DNA of 64,000 nt from Macrostomum lignano. Its lineage: Eukaryota. The stretch covers positions 62,001 to 126,000 of the forward strand of contig NIVC01001502.1 in NCBI GenBank assembly GCA_002269645.1, given 5' to 3'. The notes beneath the pieces are model-generated. The model ran no database searches. It had not been told where the DNA came from and worked only from the letters and a program-made list of their open reading frames with translations. The position numbers were made by a program, and so were the translations under genes. The stretch's first letter is position 1. Each line of letters opens with the position of its first letter. Shown piece after piece: positions 22,701 to 34,309 of the stretch.

Positions 22701-23692
22701 GCCAGTCGGGTTCAAATGTGTCATCTGCCAGTTCAGGATTCGTATTTAGTAAAAGTGCTTCTTCCACAAGTTCCGTATTTGGCCAACCTGCTGCCACTAC
22801 AGCTTCCACGGCTTCCGCATTTGGTCACTCTGCTTCTAAATCTTCATCATCCGGTGCATTCACCTTTGGTAAAGCATCTTCGGTTGCATCATCGAGCTCT
22901 TCCGTTTTCGGACAGACAGTTGCCACTACCGCATCTGCCAATAATTTGTTTGGTCATGCTGCCTCCACTATCAGTAAGTCTTCAGGAACTTCGCTTTTTG
23001 GTCAATCAGCTTCTAACGCGTCATCCGCTGCTCCAGTCTTCGGCCAATCAGCTTCGAACACGTCATCCACTGCTCCAGTCTTCGGCCAATCAGCTTCGAA
23101 CACGTCATCCGCTGCTCCAGTCTTCCGCCAATCAGCTTCGAACACTTCATCCGCTGCTGGGGTCTTCGGCCAATCAGCTTCGAGCAACTCATCCACTGGT
23201 CCACTTTTCGGCCAATCAGTTTCGAACACGTCATCAGCCGGTACCCTATTCGGCCAATCAGCGAGCAGCAACCAGTCCACCGTGGCAAAACCGGCTGCCG
23301 CCGCTTCTCCCAATCCGTTCAGTTTCGGCAAATCAGCCTCAAATCCCAGCTTTAGTTTTGGCGCTAATAATTCCGGCGCTGCAAATGCCGCGCCAAATGC
23401 GCCACCATCTTCAACCAGCGCCGGCTTTACGTTTGGCCAGTCGGCAGCTGCCGCTGGATCGACTTCTTCAACTGGCGGCTCTTTGTTCAGCTTCGGACAG
23501 CAGCCGCCGCAACAACAGCAGAATCAGCAGCAGCAGTCATCCAGTGGTTCCGGCTTCAATTTCTCTCTTGGCGCGGCCGTCGCTGGAGCTGCGCCGCAAG
23601 CGCCGGCGCCAAATTTCAACTTCTCTGCGGCTGGTGGTGGCGCTGGCGAAGCGACTCGACGGGCGCCGATTAAACCGCGCCGAAGGCGGTGA
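19766..23692 (+). CDS. FG-repeat nucleoporin, POM121/NUP153/Nup1-like; start uncertain (frame opens after TTCCAG at 19765, first ATG at 20006)
   Basis: 1308-codon open frame with dozens of FG motifs (TFGQ, VFGQS, FSFG, FNFS), basic NLS-like clusters and a basic C-terminus RRAPIKPRRRR reminiscent of NUP153/Nup1. Confidence 0.8.
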   Translation: MRPRASGYYSFSKRSAAAADAAAAATTKSPASISVGLLPSSTAASRPTSSVLTSRQLASTELSVSAKKSPFQRGPPSRCTMPLPPRPHQQQQQQPVLRDEDEQTSVLRALRIIETRKRRSLAPPSINNDDAEGGGEAADIAEDVNPDVENRADFEDASATSFSTKKKRRRVSIAAATPAAAAAAAAALDDILGDSSSGGAAAAAGPTSESGGGLDGGKFKATSLREVLGGGPIRLPVAPRRILPPPLPVTEPAQSEQRDTSGPAAAPLQLAAVPPSTEPTATVNVDEAINVGLVSPSPSIASTSILSASARRRHHQQQSSARATVSALVANLERSGRRRDDAAVSASDTVGEELSSTMPSGASPIDRLAAARQARERDRQARASRRERICRLLAGESAAAANNSLNSSPSTPAAAAAPVLNLAASATPLAEFRKPHSNTSSLNAPVLGTASSETPTTASNITATNTSSAAVSFGQTVSQTLSAASVSVTAASNTSTVTVSNTQSSTVTFGQAASNNPSAAVTFRQAASNTPSAAVTFGQAASNTPSAAVTFGQAASNTPSAAVTFGQAASNTPSAAVTFGQAASNTPSAAVTFGQAASNTQSAAVTFGQAASNTPSAAVTFGQAASNTQSAAVTFGQAAFNTPSAAVKFGQAASNTPSAAVTFGQAASSTASTAASVAPVISQPALGSTTASGLNLAASNSSFNNNASASFTTTSFGQTSTTAPVFSQSALNTSSAAPAFGQSASNTSSAAPVFGQSASNTSSAAPVFDQSASNTSSVAPVFGESGSNRSSAAPVFGQSASNTSSVAPVFGESGSNRSSAAPVFGQSNCNTSSAGPVFSQSASSKPTAGPIFGQSASNTSSAGPVFGQSASSKPTAGPIFGQSASNTSSAGPIFGQSASSKLTTGPIFGQSASNASSAGPVFGQSASNASSATPIFGQSAANTSSNGPIFGQSASNTSSAGPVFGQSASNASSAATIFGQSGSNVSSASSGFVFSKSASSTSSVFGQPAATTASTASAFGHSASKSSSSGAFTFGKASSVASSSSSVFGQTVATTASANNLFGHAASTISKSSGTSLFGQSASNASSAAPVFGQSASNTSSTAPVFGQSASNTSSAAPVFRQSASNTSSAAGVFGQSASSNSSTGPLFGQSVSNTSSAGTLFGQSASSNQSTVAKPAAAASPNPFSFGKSASNPSFSFGANNSGAANAAPNAPPSSTSAGFTFGQSAAAAGSTSSTGGSLFSFGQQPPQQQQNQQQQSSSGSGFNFSLGAAVAGAAPQAPAPNFNFSAAGGGAGEATRRAPIKPRRRR
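21287..21770 (+). repeat. In-frame coding 42-bp minisatellite encoding TFGQAASNTPSAAV (~11.5 units)
   Basis: 42-nt period (e.g. 21301, 21343) with near-identical DNA. Confidence 0.9.
21935..22700 (+). repeat. In-frame coding 42-bp repeat encoding (A/G)PVFGQSASNTSSA; further units at ~23000-23270
   Basis: 14-aa periodicity in the ORF translation. Confidence 0.85.
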
Positions 23693-23804
23693 AAAGTAAA
23701 CGTGAATACCTTTTATGATCGTGTTCACTCACTTCGACTGACTTTTGAGGCTGAAATTTTGTCTAATCATAGACTACTCTAATTATCTCTAATAGGTTGA
23801 TCTC

Positions 23805-24470
23805 CCAATGGACTGGTCTTAGTCTCCGAATGGATTGGTCTTAGTCTCCCTAATGAACTGGTCTTAGTCTCCCTAATGAGCTGGTCTTAGTCTCCCAAAT
23901 GAGCTGATCAAGTCCCCCCAATGAGCTGATCAAGTCTCCCTAATGAGCTGATTAAGTCTCCCCAATGAGCTGATCAAGTCTCCCTAATGAGCTGATTAAG
24001 TCTCCCCAATGAGCTGATCAAGTCTCCCTAATGAGCTGATCAAGTCTCCCCAATGAGCTGATTAAGTCTCCCCAATGAGCTGATTAAGTCTCCCTAATGA
24101 GCTGATCAAGTCTCCCCAATGAGCTGATTAAGTCTCCCCAATGAGCTGATTAAGTCTCCCCAATGAGCTGATCAAGTCTCCCCAATGAGCTGATTAAGTC
24201 TCCCCAATGAGCTGATCAAGTCTCCCCAATGAGCTGATCAAGTCTCCCCAATGAGCTGATTAAGTCTCCCCAATGAGCTGATCAAGTCTCCCCAATGAGC
24301 TGATCAAGTCTCCCCAATGAGCTGATTAAGTCTCCCCAATGAGCTGATCAAGTCTCCCCAATGAGCTGATCAAGTCTCCCCAATGAGCTGATTAAGTCTC
24401 CCCAATGAGCTGATCAAGTCTCCCCAATGAGCTGATCAAGTCTCCCAATGAGCTGATTAAGTCTCCCTAA
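23805..24470. repeat. 22-bp minisatellite (aatgagctgatcaagtctcccc); repeated at 27031-27538 and 30261-30922
   Basis: Units visible; lies at the start of each PSMA5 duplication unit. Confidence 0.95.
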
Positions 24471-25315
24471 TAAAATGCACAAAGTTTTTCTTCTAAAAAT
24501 GCTCCGATAAGAAAAAATCAATACTCCGTGCTCAAATCCTGTCTACGATGCTTTTAGATGCAGTTTTTCGCGCATCTGCGTTTATTTTGCTATCCAGCTA
24601 TCTTTAATACTCTGATCTACCCCGTGCGTTTTCCATCTATTTGAAAGTTCTGCTCTTGACAAAATTGACACAGAAATTAAAAGTTTTTTTAAGTACCCGA
24701 TTAACATTCGAAAACATCTGACCGGAACTGCCTATGCTTTATGTTTTATAAATGTACTTTTCTGGCTTGCAAACACTTTTCAGTCACATTTATTCTCTCG
24801 AGTCTTTGCGCTTTTATAAGGTTTTTGTGTCGAAATACAATATTTCGAGTTCGCCAAATCCTCCCTGAAAGTCCCAACTGTTCTTTGTTATCTTTTTCGA
24901 TTTTTTTCTCTCAGTCATTTTTGTCTCTGTACGCTCAGCCCCCACGCCTGATTGTAAAAGCAATTTATATTATTACTATTATTATTATCATTATTATGCG
25001 CTCAATCGTCTGCCAAATTTGTCGTTGCGCAGCTAAAACACACACACTGTTTGACTTTGATCAGCAATAATAACATCTCTTTTCCTGGACGGCATTTCTT
25101 AATTTTGAAAATACATTTTGTTCGTCATTTTAAAAAAAATTATATTTAGCCTATATTTCTACTTGATAAGTAGCTTATTAAGAGTGTTGTATATTTTATC
25201 AAGAATTATGATAACGATTCAACTAATTTTCAAACGCTTTCTGCCAGAAGGTGCGCGCGCCGATCTTTCGGGAGTCAGTTATTAGCAATTGTGAAATCAG
25301 CAATTTATTGGCATC

Positions 25316-25454
25316 ATGTTTTTGACGCGCACCGAGTACGACCGCGGCGTCAACACCTTCTCACCGGAGGGCCGCCTCTTCCAGGTGCGCATTGCCTGGC
25401 CTGTGTACTATTTATCTATCTGTTTGTCTGTTTTTCTGTCTGTCTTTCTGTTTT

Positions 25455-25509
<55 letters not shown>

Positions 25510-25556
25510 TTCTGTCTGTCTGTCTGTCTTTCTATCTGTCTGTCTGTTTGCCTGTC

Positions 25557-25601
<45 letters not shown>

Positions 25602-25636
25602 CCTGTCGTCTGTCTGTCTGTCTGTCTGTCTGTCTT

Positions 25637-25673
<37 letters not shown>

Positions 25674-25682
25674 GTCTGTTTT

Positions 25683-25778
<96 letters not shown>

Positions 25779-26224
25779 CCATCTACCTACCAATCGCAGG
25801 TGGAATACGCGATCGAGGCCACCAAGCTGGGCTCGACAGGCATCGGCATCCAGACCAGCGAAGGTGTAGTCCTGGCCGTAGAGAAGCGGGTGACCTCCAA
25901 CCTGCTGGTGCCCAGCAGCATCGAGAAAATCTTCGAGGTCGACAAGCACATCGGCTGCGCTGTCAGCGGTCTGGTCGCCGACGCGCGCACCCTGATCGAG
26001 CGGCCAGAGTCGAGGCCACGCACCACTGGTTTGTTCATGGCGAGCAAATCCACGTCGAGGACGTGACCCGGTCCGTCAGCAACATGGCCCTGGCGTTCGG
26101 GGACGATGCCAGCAAAGGAGCCATGAGTCGGCCCTTCGGCGTGGCACTGCTGTTCGCTGGAGTGGACCCCACCGGCCCCAGGCTGTTCCACATGGACCCT
26201 TCTGGCACCTACATTAATTATCAG
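25316..26224 (+). pseudogene. PSMA5: PSMA5 partial copy 1 (exons 25316-25384 and 25800-26224; no exon 3; apparent -1 frameshift at ~26002)
   Basis: Exon 2 is 425 nt versus 426 in the other copies (GAGCGGCCAG vs GAGCGGGCCAG); could be a homopolymer sequencing error. Confidence 0.75.
25405..25790. repeat. (TCTG)n/(TCTA)n microsatellite in PSMA5 intron 1 (also ~28470-28858 and ~31858-32240)
   Basis: Visible in the sequence. Confidence 0.95.
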
Positions 26225-26239
26225 GTGAGGAAACTGCGA

Positions 26240-27030
26240 TTTTTTGGGATCTTGATGAAACTGGGATTTTTGGGATCTTGGTGAAACTGGGATTTTCGGG
26301 GATCTTGGTAAAACTGGGATTTTTGGGATCTTGGTGAAACTGGGATTTTTGGGATCTTGGTGAAACTGGGATTTTCGGGGATCTTGGTAAAACTGGGATT
26401 TTTGGGATCTTGATGAAACTGAGATTTTGGGGATCTTTATGAAACTGGGATTTTCGGGGATCTTGATGAAACTGGGATTTTTATCTTGGTGAAACTGGGA
26501 TTTCGGGGGTCTTGATGAAACTGGGATTTTCGAGGATCTTGGTAAAACTGGGATTTTTGGGGATCTTGATGAAACTGGGATTTTTGGGGATCTTGGTGAA
26601 ACTGGGATTTTCGGGGATCTTGATGAAACTGGGATTTTCGGGGATCTTGGTAAAACTGGGATTTTTGGGGATCTTGGTAAAACTGGGATTTTTGGGGATC
26701 TTGATGAAACTGGGATTTTTGGGGATCTTGATAAAACTGGGATTTTTGGGGATCTTGATGAAACTGGGATTTTCGGGGATCTTGATGAAACTGGGATTTT
26801 CGGAGATCTTGATGAAACTGGGATTTTTGGGGATCTTGGTGAAACTGGGATTTTCGGGGATCTTGATGAAACTGGGATTTTTGGGGATCTTGATGAAACT
26901 GGGATTTTCGGGGATCTCGATGAAACTGGGATTTTCGGGGATCTCGATGAAACTGGGATTTTCGGGGATCTTGATGAAACAGGGATTTTTGGGGATCTTG
27001 GTAAAACTGGGATTTTTTGGTATTTGGTAA
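26240..27030. repeat. 27-bp minisatellite (gatgaaactgggattttcggggatctt) in PSMA5 intron 2 (also ~29305-30260 and ~32690-33800)
   Basis: Units visible; source of the MKLGFSGIL pseudo-ORFs. Confidence 0.95.
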
Positions 27031-28382
27031 ATGGATTGGTCTTAGTCTCCCTAATGAACTGGTCTTAGTCTCCCTAATGAACTGGTCTTAGTCTCCCAAA
27101 TGAGCTGATCAAGTCCCCCAATGAGCTGATCAAGTCTCCCTAATGAGCTGATTAAGTCTCCCCAATGAGCTGATCAAGTCTCCCTAATGAGCTGATTAAG
27201 TCTCCCCAATGAGCTGATCAAGTCTCCCTAATGAGCTGATCAAGTCTCCCCAATGAGCTGATTAAGTCTCCCCAATGAGCTGATTAAGTCTCCCAATGAG
27301 CTGATCAAGTCTCCCCAATGAGCTGATTAAGTCTCCCCAATGAGCTGATCAAGTCTCCCCAATGAGCTGATCAAGTCTCCCTAATGAGCTGATCAAGTCT
27401 CCCCAATGAGCTGATTAAGTCTCCCCAATGAGCTGATCAAGTCTCCCCAATGAGCTGATCAAGTCTCCCCAATGAGCTGATCAAGTCTCCCCAATGAGCT
27501 GATCAAGTCTCCCCAATGAGCTGATTAAGTCTCCCTAATAAAATGCACAAAGTTTTTCTTCTAAAAATGCTCCGATAAGAAAAAATCAATACTCCGTGCT
27601 CAAATCCTGTCTACGATGCTTTTAGATGCAGTTTTTCGCGCATCTGCGTTTATTTTGCTATCCAGCTATCTTTAATACTCTGATCTACCCCGTGCGTTTT
27701 CCATCTATTTGAAAGTTCTGCTCTTGACAAAATTGACACAGAAATTAAAAGTTTTTTTAAGTACCCGATTAACATTCGAAAACATCTGACCGGAACTGCC
27801 TATGCTTTATGTTTTATAAATGTACTTTTCTGGCTTGCAAACACTTTTCAGTCACATTTATTCTCTCGAGTCTTTGCGCTTTTATAAGGTTTTTGTGTCG
27901 AAATACAATATTTCGAGTTCGCCAAATCCTCCCTGAAAGTCCCAACTGTTCTTTGTTATCTTTTTCGATTTTTTTCTCTCAGTCATTTTTGTCTCTGTAC
28001 GCTCAGCCCCACGCCTGATTGTAAAAGCAATTTATATTATTACTATTATTATTATCATTATTATGCGCTCAATCGTCTGCCAAATTTGTCGTTGCGCAGC
28101 TAAAACACACACACTGTTTGACTTTGATCAGCAATAATAACATCTCTTTTCCTGGACGGCATTTCTTAATTTTGAAAATACATTTTGTTCGTCATTTTAA
28201 AAAAAATTATATTTAGCCTATATTTCTACTTGATAAGTAGCTTATTAAGAGTGTTGTATATTTTATCAAGAATTATGATAACGATTCAACTAATTTTCAA
28301 ACGCTTTCAGCCAGAAGGTGCGCGCGCCGATCTTTCGGGAGTCAGTTATTAGCAATTGTGAAATCAGCAATTTATTGGCATC

Positions 28383-28521
28383 ATGTTTTTGACGCGCACC
28401 GAGTACGACCGCGGCGTCAACACCTTCTCACCGGAGGGCCGCCTCTTCCAGGTGCGCATTGCCTGGCCTGTGTACTATTTATCTATCTGTTTGTCTGTTT
28501 TTCTGTCTGTCTTTCTGTTTT

Positions 28522-28576
<55 letters not shown>

Positions 28577-28623
28577 TTCTGTCTGTCTGTCTGTCTTTCT
28601 ATCTGTCTGTCTGTTTGCCTGTC

Positions 28624-28668
<45 letters not shown>

Positions 28669-28703
28669 CCTGTCGTCTGTCTGTCTGTCTGTCTGTCTGT
28701 CTT

Positions 28704-28740
<37 letters not shown>

Positions 28741-28749
28741 GTCTGTTTT

Positions 28750-28845
<96 letters not shown>

Positions 28846-29292
28846 CCATCTACCTACCAATCGCAGGTGGAATACGCGATCGAGGCCACCAAGCTGGGCT
28901 CGACAGGCATCGGCATCCAGACCAGCGAAGGTGTAGTCCTGGCCGTAGAGAAGCGGGTGACCTCCAACCTGCTGGTGCCCAGCAGCATCGAGAAAATCTT
29001 CGAGGTCGACAAGCACATCGGCTGCGCTGTCAGCGGTCTGGTCGCCGACGCGCGCACCCTGATCGAGCGGGCCAGAGTCGAGGCCACGCACCACTGGTTT
29101 GTTCATGGCGAGCAAATCCACGTCGAGGACGTGACCCGGTCCGTCAGCAACATGGCCCTGGCGTTCGGGGACGATGCCAGCAAAGGAGCCATGAGTCGGC
29201 CCTTCGGCGTGGCACTGCTGTTCGCTGGAGTGGACCCCACCGGCCCCAGGCTGTTCCACATGGACCCTTCTGGCACCTACATTAATTATCAG
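28383..29292 (+). pseudogene. PSMA5: PSMA5 partial copy 2 (exons 28383-28451 and 28867-29292 intact; no exon 3 of its own)
   Basis: Intact frame and splice sites; followed by the next duplication unit instead of exon 3. Confidence 0.75.
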
Positions 29293-31768
29293 GTGAGGAA
29301 ACTGCGATTTTTTGGGATCTTGATGAAACTGGGATTTTTGGGATCTTGGTGAAACTGGGATTTTCGGGGATCTTGGTAAAACTGGGATTTTTGGGATCTT
29401 GGTGAAACTGGGATTTTTGGGATCTTGGTGAAACTGGGATTTTCGGGGATCTTGGTAAAACTGGGATTTTTGGGATCTTGATGAAACTGAGATTTTGGGG
29501 ATCTTTATGAAACTGGGATTTTCGGGGATCTTGATGAAACTGGGATTTTTATCTTGGTGAAACTGGGATTTCGGGGGTCTTGATGAAACTGGGATTTTCG
29601 AGGATCTTGGTAAAACTGGGATTTTTGGGGATCTTGATGAAACTGGGATTTTTGGGGATCTTGGTGAAACTGGGATTTTCGGGGATCTTGATGAAACTGG
29701 GATTTTCGGGGATCTTGGTAAAACTGGGATTTTTGGGGATCTTGGTAAAACTGGGATTTTTGGGGATCTTGATGAAACTGGGATTTTTGGGGATCTTGAT
29801 AAAACTGGGATTTTTGGGGATCTTGATGAAACTGGGATTTTCGGGGATCTTGGTGAAACTGGGATTTTCGGGGATCTTGATGAAACTGGGATTTTCGGGG
29901 ATCTTGATGAAACTGGGATTTTCGGAGATCTTGATGAAACTGGGATTTTTGGGGATCTTGATGAAACTGGGATTTTCGTGGATCTTGGTAAAACTGGGAT
30001 TTTCGGGGATCTTGATGAAACTGGGATTTTCGGAGATCTTGATGAAACTGGGATTTTTGGGGATCTTGGTGAAACTGGGATTTTCGGGGATCTTGATGAA
30101 ACTGGGATTTTTGGGGATCTTGATGAAACTGGGATTTTCGGGGATCTCGATGAAACTGGGATTTTCGGGGATCTCGATGAAACTGGGATTTTCGGGGATC
30201 TTGATGAAACAGGGATTTTTGGGGATCTTGGTAAAACTGGGATTTTTTGGTATTTGGTAAATGGATTGGTCTTAGTCTCCCTAATGAACTGGTCTTAGTC
30301 TCCCTAATGAACTGGTCTTAGTCTCCCAAATGAGCTGATCAAGTCCCCCCAATGAGCTGATCAAGTCTCCCTAATGAGCTGATTAAGTCTCCCCAATGAG
30401 CTGATCAAGTCTCCCTAATGAGCTGATTAAGTCTCCCCAATGAGCTGATCAAGTCTCCCTAATGAGCTGATCAAGTCTCCCCAATGAGCTGATTAAGTCT
30501 CCCCAATGAGCTGATTAAGTCTCCCCAATGAGCTGATCAAGTCTCCCCAATGAGCTGATTAAGTCTCCCCAATGAGCTGATCAAGTCTCCCCAATGAGCT
30601 GATCAAGTCTCCCTAATGAGCTGATCAAGTCTCCCCAATGAGCTGATTAAGTCTCCCCAATGAGCTGATTAAGTCTCCCCAATGAGCTGATCAAGTCTCC
30701 CCAATGAGCTGATTAAGTCTCCCCAATGAGCTGATCAAGTCTCCCCAATGAGCTGATCAAGTCTCCCCAATGAGCTGATTAAGTCTCCCCAATGAGCTGA
30801 TCAAGTCTCCCCAATGAGCTGATCAAGTCTCCCCAATGAGCTGATTAAGTCTCCCCAATGAGCTGATCAAGTCTCCCCAATGAGCTGATCAAGTCTCCCC
30901 AATGAGCTGATTAAGTCTCCCTAATAAAATGCACAAAGTTTTTCTTCTAAAAATGCTCCGATAAGAAAAAATCAATACTCCGTGCTCAAATCCTGTCTAC
31001 GATGCTTTTAGATGCAGTTTTTCGCGCATCTGCGTTTATTTTGCTATCCAGCTATCTTTAATACTCTGATCTACCCCGTGCGTTTTCCATCTATTTGAAA
31101 GTTCTGCTCTTGACAAAATTGACACAGAAATTAAAAGTTTTTTTAAGTACCCGATTAACATTCGAAAACATCTGACCGGAACTGCCTATGCTTTATGTTT
31201 TATAAATGTACTTTTCTGGCTTGCAAACACTTTTCAGTCACATTTATTCTCTCGAGTCTTTGCGCTTTTATAAGGTTTTTGTGTCGAAATACAATATTTC
31301 GAGTTCGCCAAATCCTCCCTGAAAGTCCCAACTGTTCTTTGTTATCTTTTAGATTTTTTTCTCTCAGTCATTTTTGTCTCTGTACGCTCAGCCCCCACGC
31401 CTGATTGTAAAAGCAATTTATATTATTACTATTATTATTATCATTATTATGCGCTCAATCGTCTGCCAAATTTGTCGTTGCGCAGCTAAAACACACACAC
31501 TGTTTGACTTTGATCAGCAATAATAACATCTCTTTTCCTGGACGGCATTTCTTAATTTTGAAAATACATTTTGTTCGTCATTTTAAAAAAAATTATATTT
31601 AGCCTATATTTCTACTTGATAAGTAGCTTATTAAGAGTGTTGTATATTTTATCAAGAATTATGATAACGATTCAACTAATTTTCAAACGCTTTCAGCCAG
31701 AAGGTGCGCGCGCCGATCTTTCGGGAGTCAGTTATTAGCAATTGTGAAATCAGCAATTTATTGGCATC

Positions 31769-31837
31769 ATGTTTTTGACGCGCACCGAGTACGACCGCGG
31801 CGTCAACACCTTCTCACCGGAGGGCCGCCTCTTCCAG
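31769..31837 (+). CDS. PSMA5: Proteasome subunit alpha-5, complete copy, exon 1
   Basis: [23 protein letters not shown]; donor CAG|GTGCGC. Confidence 0.95.
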
Positions 31838-31907
31838 GTGCGCATTGCCTGGCCTGTGTACTATTTATCTATCTGTTTGTCTGTTTTTCTGTCTGTCTTT
31901 CTGTTTT

Positions 31908-31958
<51 letters not shown>

Positions 31959-32005
31959 TTCTGTCTGTCTGTCTGTCTTTCTATCTGTCTGTCTGTTTGC
32001 CTGTC

Positions 32006-32050
<45 letters not shown>

Positions 32051-32085
32051 CCTGTCGTCTGTCTGTCTGTCTGTCTGTCTGTCTT

Positions 32086-32122
<37 letters not shown>

Positions 32123-32130
32123 GTCTGTTT

Positions 32131-32226
<96 letters not shown>

Positions 32227-32247
32227 CCATCTACCTACCAATCGCAG

Positions 32248-32673
32248 GTGGAATACGCGATCGAGGCCACCAAGCTGGGCTCGACAGGCATCGGCATCCA
32301 GACCAGCGAAGGTGTAGTCCTGGCCGTAGAGAAGCGGGTGACCTCCAACCTGCTGGTGCCCAGCAGCATCGAGAAAATCTTCGAGGTCGACAAGCACATC
32401 GGCTGCGCTGTCAGCGGTCTGGTCGCCGACGCGCGCACCCTGATCGAGCGGGCCAGAGTCGAGGCCACGCACCACTGGTTTGTTCATGGCGAGCAAATCC
32501 ACGTCGAGGACGTGACCCGGTCCGTCAGCAACATGGCCCTGGCGTTCGGGGACGATGCCAGCAAAGGAGCCATGAGTCGGCCCTTCGGCGTGGCACTGCT
32601 GTTCGCTGGAGTGGACCCCACCGGCCCCAGGCTGTTCCACATGGACCCTTCTGGCACCTACATTAATTATCAG
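32248..32673 (+). CDS. PSMA5: PSMA5 complete copy, exon 2
   Basis: [30 protein letters not shown]...[14 protein letters not shown]...MDPSGT; phase 0 at both ends. Confidence 0.95.
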
Positions 32674-33913
32674 GTGAGGAAACTGCGATTTTTTGGGATC
32701 TTGATGAAACTGGGATTTTTGGGATCTTGGTGAAACTGGGATTTTCGGGGATCTTGGTAAAACTGGGATTTTTGGGATCTTGGTGAAACTGGGATTTTTG
32801 GGATCTTGGTGAAACTGGGATTTTCGGGGATCTTGGTAAAACTGGGATTTTTGGGGATCTTGATGAAACTGGGATTTTCGGGGATCTCGATGAAACTGGG
32901 ATTTTCGGGGATCTTGATGAAACAGGGATTTTTATCTTGGTGAAACTGGGATTTCGGGAGTCTTGATGAAACTGGGATTTTCGAGGATCTTGGTAAAACT
33001 GGGATTTTTGGGGATCTTGGTGAAACTGGAATTTTCGGGGATCTTGATGAAACTGGGATTTTCGGGGATCTTGGTAAAACTGGGATTTTCGGGGATCTTG
33101 ATGAAACTGGGATTTTCGGGGATCTTGATAAAACTGGGATTTTTGGGGATCTTGATGAAACTGGGATTTTTGGGGATCTTGATGAAACTGGGATTTTTGG
33201 GGATCTTGATGAAACTGGGATTTTCGGGGATCTTGGTGAAACTGGGATTTTTGGGGATCTTGATGAAACTGGGATTTTTGGGGATCTTGATAAAACTGGG
33301 ATTTTTGGGGATCTTGATGAAACTGGGATTTTCGGGGATCTTGGTGAAACTGGGATTTTCGGGGATCTTGATGAAACTGGGATTTTCGGGGATCTTGATG
33401 AAACTGGGATTTTCGGAGATCTTGATGAAACTGGGATTTTTGGGGATCTTGATGAAACTGGGATTTTCGTGGATCTTGGTAAAACTGGGATTTTCGGGGA
33501 TCTTGATGAAACTGGGATTTTCGGAGATCTTGATGAAACTGGGATTTTTGGGGATCTTGGTGAAACTGGGATTTTTGGGGATCTTGATGAAACTGGGATT
33601 TTTGGGGATCTTGATGAAACTGGGATTTTCGGGGATCTCGATGAAACTGGGATTTTCGGGGATCTCGATGAAACTGGGATTTTCGGGGATCTTGATGAAA
33701 CAGGGATTTTTGGGGATCTTGGTAAAACTGGGATTTTTTGGTAAAACTACTGGAATTTTTAGAATCTTGATGAAACTGGGATTTTTAAGGATCTTAATAA
33801 AATTCTTTATTTACCGGTGCGATTAGGATTCCTATTAGAAAGTGGCACGGGGATTTTTTATTGACACCTGGGATTAGGATAAACCTCTCCGCCCATCTAT
33901 CCCCAACCTGCAG

Positions 33914-34159
33914 GCCAAAGCTATCGGCAGCGGTCACGAGGGTGCCCAGCAGCAGCTGGAGGAGGCCTACCACAGCGGCATGTCCCTGCGAGACGCTCTG
34001 GTGCTGGCCTTGAAGATTCTCAAGCAGGTGATGGAGGAGAAGCTGGACATGACCAACGTTGAGGTGGTGACGGTCACGCCCGACCGGAAGTACCACCTGC
34101 TGGCCAAGGAGGAGGTGGAGGCCGTCATTGCCGAGGTTGGGAGCAGCTCTGGGCCTTGA
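33914..34159 (+). CDS. PSMA5: PSMA5 complete copy, exon 3; 246 aa protein in total
   Basis: Acceptor CTGCAG|GCC; AKAIGSGHEGAQQQLEEAYHSGMSLRDALVLALKILKQVMEEKL; stop TGA at 34157. Confidence 0.95.
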   Translation, partial: AKAIGSGHEGAQQQLEEAYHSGMSLRDALVLALKILKQVMEEKLDMTNVEVVTVTPDRKYHLLAKEEVEAVIAEVGSSSGP

Positions 34160-34309
34160 GCTGAGTTCAACGACAAAGTTCAGTCGTTGAACAACAACAG
34201 AAGTTCAAACAACAGAGAACAGTTGGGAGGGATACGATTTTGGGTGCTTTTTGGGATTCTAAGGTAAAATGTGAGTTTAAGAAATTTTGTGCAAAATAAT
34301 TATTGATAT

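Larger units (their letters stand above)
23830..33740. repeat. Tandem triplication of a ~3.2-3.5 kb segment (upstream region, PSMA5 exons 1-2, most of intron 2)
   Basis: Unit starts ATGGATTGGTCTTAGTCTCC at 23830, 27031 and 30261; unique sequence is near-identical while array lengths differ. Confidence 0.92.

Noticed and set aside
24563-24572. E2F-like TTTCGCGC upstream of PSMA5
   Set aside because: A short motif that is expected by chance in CpG-containing DNA; no other support.
26512-33826. MKLGFSGIL repeat ORFs and SVCL-rich ORFs
   Set aside because: They are the 27-bp and (TCTG)n arrays inside PSMA5 introns.
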